64,000 nucleotides of DNA from an uncultured Bacteroidota bacterium. Lineage in GTDB: Bacteria > Bacteroidota > Ignavibacteria > UBA10030 > UBA6906. Numbering within the stretch: the stretch's first letter is position 1; every line of letters begins with the position of its first letter. The notes under the pieces were generated by a model. That model was not told where the DNA came from and ran no database searches. It saw only the letters and a list, made by a program, of their open reading frames with translations. Positions 1 through 7,300 of this stretch are shown one piece after another. The DNA is taken from the NCBI GenBank assembly GCA_963779225.1, contig CAVZWW010000003.1, forward strand, positions 1,503,835 to 1,567,834, given 5' to 3'. The position numbers and the translations under genes are program-made.

Positions 1-345
1 ACGATCACCCGGGACAGGGTATCCGTCGAGGATGTCCCTGTGCGGTTTTTGCGGCCGGACCATCCTGTGCTCACATACCCCAACAAGCTCACATCGTCGG
101 ACTTCGACGGGTGGGTTCAGGAACGGGGACTCTATTTCGCAGGTGCCTGGGCTAAGGAGTATGAAACACCCCTCGAATGTCACGATCCGGGTGAAGATCC
201 GAAAGCGGGGGGGCTCTTGTACGCCCGCTACGGCAAAGGGTACTATGTATACACCGGCCTCTCTTTCTTCCGACAGCTGCCTGCGGGAGTGCCGGGCGCA
301 TACAGGCTTTTTGCGAATCTTCTTTCGCAGGATGTGGATCGTTGA
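1..345 (+). CDS. C-terminal fragment of a protein truncated by the window start. It is possibly the class-I glutamine-amidotransferase-like C-terminal domain of a PIG-L/LmbE-like deacetylase family protein.
   Basis: Frame 1 is open from nt 1 (TITRDRVSVEDVP...) to a stop at 343-345. The C-terminal peptide ...GKGYYVYTGLSFFRQLPAGVPGAYRLFANLLSQ resembles, from memory, the conserved tail of large LmbE-family proteins of Bacteroidota. No start codon lies inside the window. Confidence 0.35.
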   Translation, partial: TITRDRVSVEDVPVRFLRPDHPVLTYPNKLTSSDFDGWVQERGLYFAGAWAKEYETPLECHDPGEDPKAGGLLYARYGKGYYVYTGLSFFRQLPAGVPGAYRLFANLLSQDVDR

Positions 346-376
346 GGAACAGTAAGGAAACCGGGTCCGGGATGAC

Positions 377-2089
377 ATGAGCACGATCGACTGGATTGTC
401 CTGGCCGCTACGCTTGCTTCAATCGTCGCTTTCGGACTCTATAAGAGCCGGGCGACAGGCAATCTTCAGAGCTATCTCCTTGCCGGCAGGTCCATGCCCT
501 GGTATGCCGTGGCCCTCTCGATCATGGCCACACAGGCCAGCGCAATCACCTTCACCTCCACTCCGGGACAGGCCTTTGCCGACGGCATGCGGTTCGTGCA
601 ATACTACTTCGGCCTGCCGATTGCGATGGTGATTCTCTCCATTACCGCAGTGCCGCTCTATCACCGGTTGAAAGTCTTCACCGCCTACGAGTACCTCGAG
701 CACCGCTTCGATCTGAAAACGCGGACACTCACGAGTACGATCTTCATGATCCAGCGGGGATTGGGGGCGGGCATGACCATCTTCGCGCCTTCTATCATCT
801 TCTCGGTCATGCTCGGGTGGGACGTCCGCATCACCTCGGCCGTGATCGGGGGAGCGATCATTCTGTACACGACAACGGGGGGTGTGAAGGCCGTCAGCTG
901 GACACATATGCAGCAATTGACGATCGTGATGCTGGGCATGGTTGCCGCATTCATAACGGCGGTTGTTCTCCTGCCGTCCGATATCTCATTCGGCGACGCT
1001 CTCTCGGTTGCAGGCGGCATGGGCAAGATGAATATCGTGGATTTCCGATTCGATTGGAGCAACCGATACAACTTCTGGTCGGGCATAATAGGAGGGCTTT
1101 TTGTCGCCCTGGCGTATTTCGGGACGGACCAGTCGCAGGTCCAGAGGTACCTGACCGGTGCCTCGGTGAGGCAAAGCCGGCTCGGACTGATGTTCAACGG
1201 CATCGCGAAAGTGCCGATGCAGTTCTTTATTCTGCTCATCGGCGTGATGGTGTTCGTGTTCTATCAATTCACCGTGCCGCCGGTCTTTTTCAATCCCGTT
1301 GAAACAGAAAAAGTGCGGGCGAGTTCTCAGGGCGTCGCTTTCGGTGAGGCGGAGAGAGAGTATGCGGATGCGCACAGGGCGAAAGCCGCCGCTGTCAGGT
1401 CGTATCTTGCTGCCAAGGAGTCAGGCGAAGGGGACCGCCTGGCGGCAGCGGAAGAAAGACTGAGAGGCGCCGACGGGCGCTCAAATGAAATCCGATCCAG
1501 AGCAATCGGGATCATGCGTGCCGCCGATCCGGCTGTTGACATCAACGACACAAACTATGTCTTCCTGACGTTCATACTGCAGCATTTGCCAGTCGGACTT
1601 ATCGGGCTCCTGCTGGCTTGCGTTCTCTCGGCGTCCATGTCATCCGGTTCCGGGGAGCTGAGTGCGCTGGCGACGACCACGGTTATTGACGTGTACCGGC
1701 GTCACATTAGGCCGGACGCGACTGACGGGCAGGCTCTTGTTGTCTCGCGGATTGCTATGGCGGGGTGGGGTGCGTACGGGGTGTTCTTTTCACAGTTTGC
1801 GAACCATCTGGGATCACTGGTCGAGGCCGTGAACATCCTGGGTTCGCTGTTTTACGGTACGATGCTGGGAATTTTCGTGATAGCTTTTTATCTGAAGAGG
1901 ATTAAGGGGACGGCGACATTTCTTGCGGCTTTTGCCGGGGAGGCTGTTGTTCTGGGGTTTTTCGCCCTCACGGACATCTCCTGGCTCTGGTATAACGTCA
2001 TCGGATGTGGGGTGGTAGTGTTTGCGGCGGCTCTTCTGCAGGTGATTTTGCCTTCCTCCCGCCCCGCAAGGCCTGCGGAAGGCACCTGA
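377..2089 (+). CDS. sodium:solute symporter (SSF) family transporter
   Basis: 570 aa with about 13 predicted TM helices. The N-terminus ...YLLAGRSMPWYAVALSIMATQASAITFTSTPGQAF and the FGTDQSQVQRYL segment are typical of SSF (SglT/PutP-like) carriers. An AGGAAA ribosome-binding site precedes the ATG. Confidence 0.85.
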   Translation: MSTIDWIVLAATLASIVAFGLYKSRATGNLQSYLLAGRSMPWYAVALSIMATQASAITFTSTPGQAFADGMRFVQYYFGLPIAMVILSITAVPLYHRLKVFTAYEYLEHRFDLKTRTLTSTIFMIQRGLGAGMTIFAPSIIFSVMLGWDVRITSAVIGGAIILYTTTGGVKAVSWTHMQQLTIVMLGMVAAFITAVVLLPSDISFGDALSVAGGMGKMNIVDFRFDWSNRYNFWSGIIGGLFVALAYFGTDQSQVQRYLTGASVRQSRLGLMFNGIAKVPMQFFILLIGVMVFVFYQFTVPPVFFNPVETEKVRASSQGVAFGEAEREYADAHRAKAAAVRSYLAAKESGEGDRLAAAEERLRGADGRSNEIRSRAIGIMRAADPAVDINDTNYVFLTFILQHLPVGLIGLLLACVLSASMSSGSGELSALATTTVIDVYRRHIRPDATDGQALVVSRIAMAGWGAYGVFFSQFANHLGSLVEAVNILGSLFYGTMLGIFVIAFYLKRIKGTATFLAAFAGEAVVLGFFALTDISWLWYNVIGCGVVVFAAALLQVILPSSRPARPAEGT

Positions 2090-2176
2090 GCCACTCCGCC
2101 TTCCTGTGTCACGCATGATACATTCCCTTCGGGCCGCCAGTCATCCTGTGACGTATGCTCCGCAGGAGACACATGA

Positions 2177-2227
2177 GGCACAGTGCCACACCTCCCGGGT
2201 CTCACCCTTTGGGTGTAGCACAGTGCC
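2177..2227. terminator. Imperfect 16-bp inverted repeat (GGCACAGTGCCACACC ... GGTGTAGCACAGTGCC) sitting between convergent genes; candidate bidirectional terminator.
   Basis: 14 of 16 arm positions are complementary, with an approximately 19-nt loop. It lies in the 146-bp gap between the symporter stop at 2089 and the minus-strand DUF2911 stop at 2236. No T-tract follows. Confidence 0.35.
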
Positions 2228-2235
2228 TCCCCGGG

Positions 2236-3108
2236 CTACTTCTTCTTCCAGTCGGCAATCAGCTGTTCCGTCGCTGTCACGTTCGCACCGGGATTCTGAG
2301 CCTTGGCGAGTTTGATCGATTCCTCGCCAAGAGTGATGGCTTCTTTGAAATTCCCCTTCTCGGCCAACAATTGCGCCTTCGTCCGGACGTTCGAGGCATT
2401 ACGGTTGAGTGCCAGAGAGCGGTCCACCCAAACCATGGCCTGTTCAAGCGAGAATTTCTCGGTCAGACCGTACCGGGCCGCCTGATTCAGCACACGCCAG
2501 TCACCCACCTGCGATTCGATGTTTGCCAGCGTCGCAAACTCGGCACTGAAGCCCACTGCAAGCTTCTCCCACGCAATCACCACCCGTGTAGACGTCGGGG
2601 TCAGATCGGTGAAGGTAAATGACAGCCATTCCTCGTGCGGATTCGCGACCGGCTGCACATTGATCTTCAGGGTGTCATATTTGGGCTCATAGATCGTCCC
2701 CCAGTTCTTGACTTCAGTGTTAAAGACCAACTGCCACTCGTTTTTCCCCGGGATGATCAGGAAACGGTATGTTCCCGCGCCCAGCCTGGCGCCATTGATG
2801 GTGACCGGATCGCTGAAGGTGATCAGGGTCGGTTCGTTTGCACCGACACGCCAGACCTGGTCATAGGGGAGCAGTCCGCCCCAGATAGTCCTCCCCTTCA
2901 CGCCGGGGCGGTGATACGTTACGGTGATTTCGCTCAATCCGACGACCTGTTTGACCATTGCCCCCTGGCTGATCATCGGAACACGGCGTTGGGGGAGTTC
3001 GGGGGCTCGGACGGTCTGGGCGTGCAAAGCGGTGCTGCCGAGCAACAGGACAGCGCAGAGCGATATGCCTGCAAAGAGGCGGACTGGGGTGGTCATAGTG
3101 ATCTCCAT
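2236..3108 (-). CDS. secreted DUF2911-family protein
   Basis: 290 aa. The signal peptide (LFAGISLCAVLLLGSTALHAQ) is followed by ...GRTIWGGLLPYDQVWRVGANEPTLITFSDPVTINGARLGAGTYRFLIIPGKNEWQLVFN, which matches the DUF2911 core pattern known from Bacteroidota. The C-terminus has a TPR-like helical tail. Confidence 0.6.
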   Translation of the reverse strand: MEITMTTPVRLFAGISLCAVLLLGSTALHAQTVRAPELPQRRVPMISQGAMVKQVVGLSEITVTYHRPGVKGRTIWGGLLPYDQVWRVGANEPTLITFSDPVTINGARLGAGTYRFLIIPGKNEWQLVFNTEVKNWGTIYEPKYDTLKINVQPVANPHEEWLSFTFTDLTPTSTRVVIAWEKLAVGFSAEFATLANIESQVGDWRVLNQAARYGLTEKFSLEQAMVWVDRSLALNRNASNVRTKAQLLAEKGNFKEAITLGEESIKLAKAQNPGANVTATEQLIADWKKK

Positions 3109-3327
3109 ACTGTAGGATGTGGGAAAAGTGGTGCGGTAAGGTAGGAAAGTGGGGGGTGACTTACAATGGGGGGTGACTTGCAGCGTTTTCTTCTTGCAGG
3201 TGATGCGGGTTTCAGGTACTTTTTAACTCTACCGCGCAGGAATTCCTGCACTCTGAGCGTCGGTGTACGGGATATCATTCCGTGCTTTTTGACCCTGTCA
3301 AATGATCGTCTACATGAGGAGACATCC

Positions 3328-4305
3328 ATGGAGTTCTTGCTTGGTGCTGCCGTTCTGATCGGTGTCGTGATCGCGATCGAATACCGGTTTCGGAATCCGG
3401 ACAGTCTCATCATTCGTGAAGGGAAGGAGGGATTCGCGGAGCGGAAGTCCCGGCTCTACCCGCGGCACCTCAGCCTGGTGCTGCCCCGGACAACGCATGC
3501 GTTCCAGGTGAGGGTGGAGGCAATTGCCAGGGGGAATCTTGACGTGCGCGCCGTACTGGCGGCGTCTGTGGCGGCCTCACCCGACCATCTTGACGCACTG
3601 GTCCGCATGGGCGGATGGCGGAAAGATGCCGTCGAACGTGCGGCGAAAGAACTGGAAGGTCAACTGCAATCGCAGGTCAAGGAGTACACCGAACAGTTCA
3701 CGGTGGAGGAGTTGTCGTCGCAAAAGCTGCTTGAATATCTGCAACAGCAATTGCCGGCCAGCAAAAAGGGGCTTGGTATCGAGGTGGTCTCTCTGGTGCT
3801 GCTTTCGTACGGTCCCGGCGAGACGCGGATTGTGGAGGCGCTTCAGCAGCAGGAACATGCCCGCATTCTCGAGCGGACCGAAACTCTGGAGCAGCAGGCG
3901 CGCATCGCCGCTGCTAAGACGAAGCTGAAGGCGGACGAAGAGATCGCCCTGCTCGAACATGCGCTCGAACTGAAAAAGTACGAGATGAAGAAGACTCAGG
4001 TCGAGCAGGAATCCGCGCTCGCCGACCTTCGTGTCGATGACGATATCCGCCGTCACCGCAAGCAGCTTCTGCTCGATAAGGAAGAATTCGAGATGCTGAA
4101 GAGCAACCCCGAGCTTCTGATGCTGACTCCCCAGGCAGCCCGTCTGGCGGAAGCCAGTCAGGGGCTAAGGAACGCCCGCACCATCGTTTCGCTCTCGCCG
4201 CAGGATCTGGCGCAGGGGTCGGACCTGCTCGGCATGTTTCAGCGGCTGCTCCAGAACGCGCTGGGATCGCGCACCGGCGGAGAAGCGGCTCCTAAGACCA
4301 AATAG
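3328..4305 (+). CDS. membrane-anchored SPFH/band-7-like protein with a long C-terminal coiled coil (flotillin-like)
   Basis: An N-terminal TM helix (MEFLLGAAVLIGVVIAIEY) is followed by an SPFH-like beta-rich segment and then about 200 aa of heptad-like Glu/Lys/Leu-rich sequence. The ORF track opens at 3166, but the first ATG with a plausible N-terminal TM segment is 3328. Confidence 0.45.
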   Translation: MEFLLGAAVLIGVVIAIEYRFRNPDSLIIREGKEGFAERKSRLYPRHLSLVLPRTTHAFQVRVEAIARGNLDVRAVLAASVAASPDHLDALVRMGGWRKDAVERAAKELEGQLQSQVKEYTEQFTVEELSSQKLLEYLQQQLPASKKGLGIEVVSLVLLSYGPGETRIVEALQQQEHARILERTETLEQQARIAAAKTKLKADEEIALLEHALELKKYEMKKTQVEQESALADLRVDDDIRRHRKQLLLDKEEFEMLKSNPELLMLTPQAARLAEASQGLRNARTIVSLSPQDLAQGSDLLGMFQRLLQNALGSRTGGEAAPKTK

Positions 4306-4340
4306 TCCAGCGGCAACTCACACGCTTCCCGGGCATTCCC

Positions 4341-7300
4341 GTGTCATCTACTTCCTCCCATCATATCGATCCATTGTGGCCTTTCCGGCTCAAGCCGATC
4401 AAGGCGGCCCGCGTTTCGGAGATCAGCGAAGCGACCGCCGCCTCTGAAACGCCTCCGGAAGAGCGCGTCAACTTCCATATCGGAAACCCGGTGCAGGACG
4501 AACGGCTCCGGTCAGCCTACCTCCGTATGGTGCTCGGGATCGACATCCGGCGTGACGACCTCGGCGAAGATGCCACCGATCAGCTGCTCGCCGAACTTGC
4601 GTGGGAACCGGACGACCGTCGGGTGATTGAGTTCCTGCGCACACTCATCGGCAAGAGCGGGCCATATACGCCCCGCGGGGGTTTCACCCGGGCCAATCCG
4701 CATCGTATCACCCAGGAACTCTCCAGGTGGCTCCAGCAACAGGAGACACTGACGTATGATCTGGGGCAGGTGACCGGGAAGCGGGAGATCATTCTTGCAT
4801 CTGGAGGGATTGCCGAAACGTTGCGCGTCCTGCTCCATGCACTCTCGGCGAATCTGGTGGAGAGGTCGGCGCACTTCTTTTTCCTGAACACGGATGTTGA
4901 AGTCGATGAAGACCTCTTCAGCGGGATGCGCTTCGAACGTCTTCCGTCAGACGGGCAGAGCGCGCTGGCGAGGATGGCTGAACATTTTACCTCCGTGCGG
5001 GAAATGCCGACGTTTCTCTTTATCGGCTGTGCACTGCAGGAAGATACGCGCCGGGCATTGCGGCAAATGAGCATCGAGGCACCGCTGATGTTCATCGAGG
5101 CCAATGACGAACCCAACCACCGGTCACTGGCACGGGAAGCGAAACTCGTGCACCGTGTCGTCCGGATGCTGACGCCGGGAATTTTTTCGCCGAAGCTTCG
5201 TGATCTTTCCACCGTTTTTCTCCTGGGCAATGCAGGTATCCTGGGAGTTTTTGAATCCATGCACTTTCAGCTGAAAGGCACGCCCTCCGCTTCCGAGCTG
5301 GAATTGCTGGCATACCTCCTCGATCGGCGTGAAGATTGGGAGGGGGTGGCGACAACCTCGATTGAACTCCCCATTGACCGTCAGGGGGAGCGATTCGTGG
5401 CGCTCAGCAATGTCGGAAAGCCTCTTGCCGGGTATGCGGCTCGGGTCGAACGTCTCGCAGAACACGCTACCGAGAATCGCGTCGGGAGATTGGTGGAGAG
5501 AGCCCTGAACATCGGGGCCAGGGTCGATCTCGCTGTTCAGCGCCTGCAGGAGAGGGCTCATGCCCCGGGCGTCGAAATGTTCGCGCACACAGATGCACGG
5601 ACTCTCGTGACCGATCTGGCGGCGAACGTGGAATCCGTGGCGTGGCGGGTGGCGCTGCGTGACAGTTTCCTTCAGGTATTTCTCAGAAGCCATCCGGAAT
5701 ACCTCCCTTCTGCATGTGTTGTCGTCAGCGGGTCCTCGCGGACGGCGCTGGGATTGCTCGGGTTTCACTGCGGCATACGGGAAGTCATCATTCCCGATTT
5801 GAGCTGGAGCTATGAACATTGCTTCCCGAGGGTTGAAGCTGTTCCCCTGACACCGGACTACACTCTCGATGCCGATGCGATTCTGGCGGTCGTCAGAAGA
5901 AAACTCGCAGCGGATCCGCAGTGGCATCGTTACGGCGCGGTGGCGATCAATAATCCGCACAATGCGACCGGACGCGTATTTCGTGAACACGACGTCTCCC
6001 GGCTTCTCGTCGGACTGCTGGAGATGAACATTCTCGTCATCGACGATCTTTCATACCAGGATGTCGCGCCGGAGGAAGGGCTGCCGGGTATTGCCACGCT
6101 GCGTCAGCTGGCCGACGGTCTGGTGCGGGCGGGGCGGTTGACGGAACAACAGACCGTGAACGTTGTGACGGTGCATTCGGTGTCCAAGACCGATTCCCTG
6201 GCGGGTGCAAGGCTGGCTGTTGTGGAAATCCGGCAGGCCGGTCTTCGAAAGGCATTCCTCCGCGTGGAGGAGCGCATACAGCCGAACATCGCGGCAATCC
6301 TGATGACGTATCTGTTCTACCGGAACACCCCCGAAGTGCCGCGCGCATACTGGCAACTCCGGAACAGGATCTTCCTGGAACGAAGCGAGGCATTGCTCCA
6401 GGCATCTACACAATTGCCAAAGGAGCGGAATACCTTCGCTATCAGGATTCTCCCTCCGACCGGCAGCATGTATCCGCTTATGGTGATCGACCGTCTGCCT
6501 TCCGGCCTGTCGCTGGACTGGCTTGCATCCGGACTGGCACGCCAGGGCATCGGGATTCTGCCGCTGTCCACGTTTGCGCGGACGGAGGAAGGGTTTGAAA
6601 CGGGACGCAAGACATTCCGCCTGACTCTCGGCGGAACGGATGGTGCGGAAACGCTCCGGATCAAAACACGCCGGGTCCTGATTGACCTCAATCGTCTTGT
6701 GGAGCAGGAGGCATTCCGGTACAACCGGCACTACGCATCCTTGATAACGGTCCCGGTCCGGTTCCAGGAAACGCAGGACAGCGCTCGATGGGCGGAGGCG
6801 ATGGAGACCGTGCAGCACGAATGTGTCCGGATGATGCATCCTGCTCCCCGCCCGTTCCAGGGAGTTGTGGCGGATGCCCGCTTCAGCGAGGAGTATGTGC
6901 CGGCCCGGCTCGCGACGCTGCACCGGCGCTATCGCGATCGTCTGATGCTCGCCGATTACACCATTGCCGCTGCGGATGTGGACGGGGCGAGGTCGCTCGC
7001 GGTCCGGCTGGAGCGTGAGTTTTACAAAGACTCCCTTACGCAGCGCCAGGCCACATTCCAGAACCGCCTGTACGATCGAACGGTGCATCCGACACAGATG
7101 TACTCCATCAAGGTGGAACAGGCTGCGGACGAGGTCATCGCCGGGATCGTGCGGGGGGAGGGAGCGACGACTCAGGCAGCAACCTCACTGGCAAAGGCCC
7201 TTCAGGCGGAATTCCTTGGACTCAATGTGGCCATCTCGTCGAGCGAGGAATCGGACGAACTGCTTCTCGATCTTGATGCCCTTATCGCCGCCGAAAATCT

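Noticed and set aside
3166-3327. Upstream extension of the SPFH-like ORF
   Set aside because: The extension has no start context. The hydrophobic N-terminal anchor begins at the ATG at 3328.
4341-4500. NFHIGNP near the N-terminus of the giant ORF as the sole aminotransferase N-terminal motif
   Set aside because: The strong aminotransferase core lies about 430 aa further on. The N-terminal motif is therefore either a degenerate second copy or coincidence. It is kept only as a hint of tandem duplication.
5124-7088. 288-aa and 345-aa minus-strand ORFs antisense to the aminotransferase-like region
   Set aside because: Same reasoning: the composition is biased toward Arg/Gly/Pro and the sense strand carries clear enzyme motifs.
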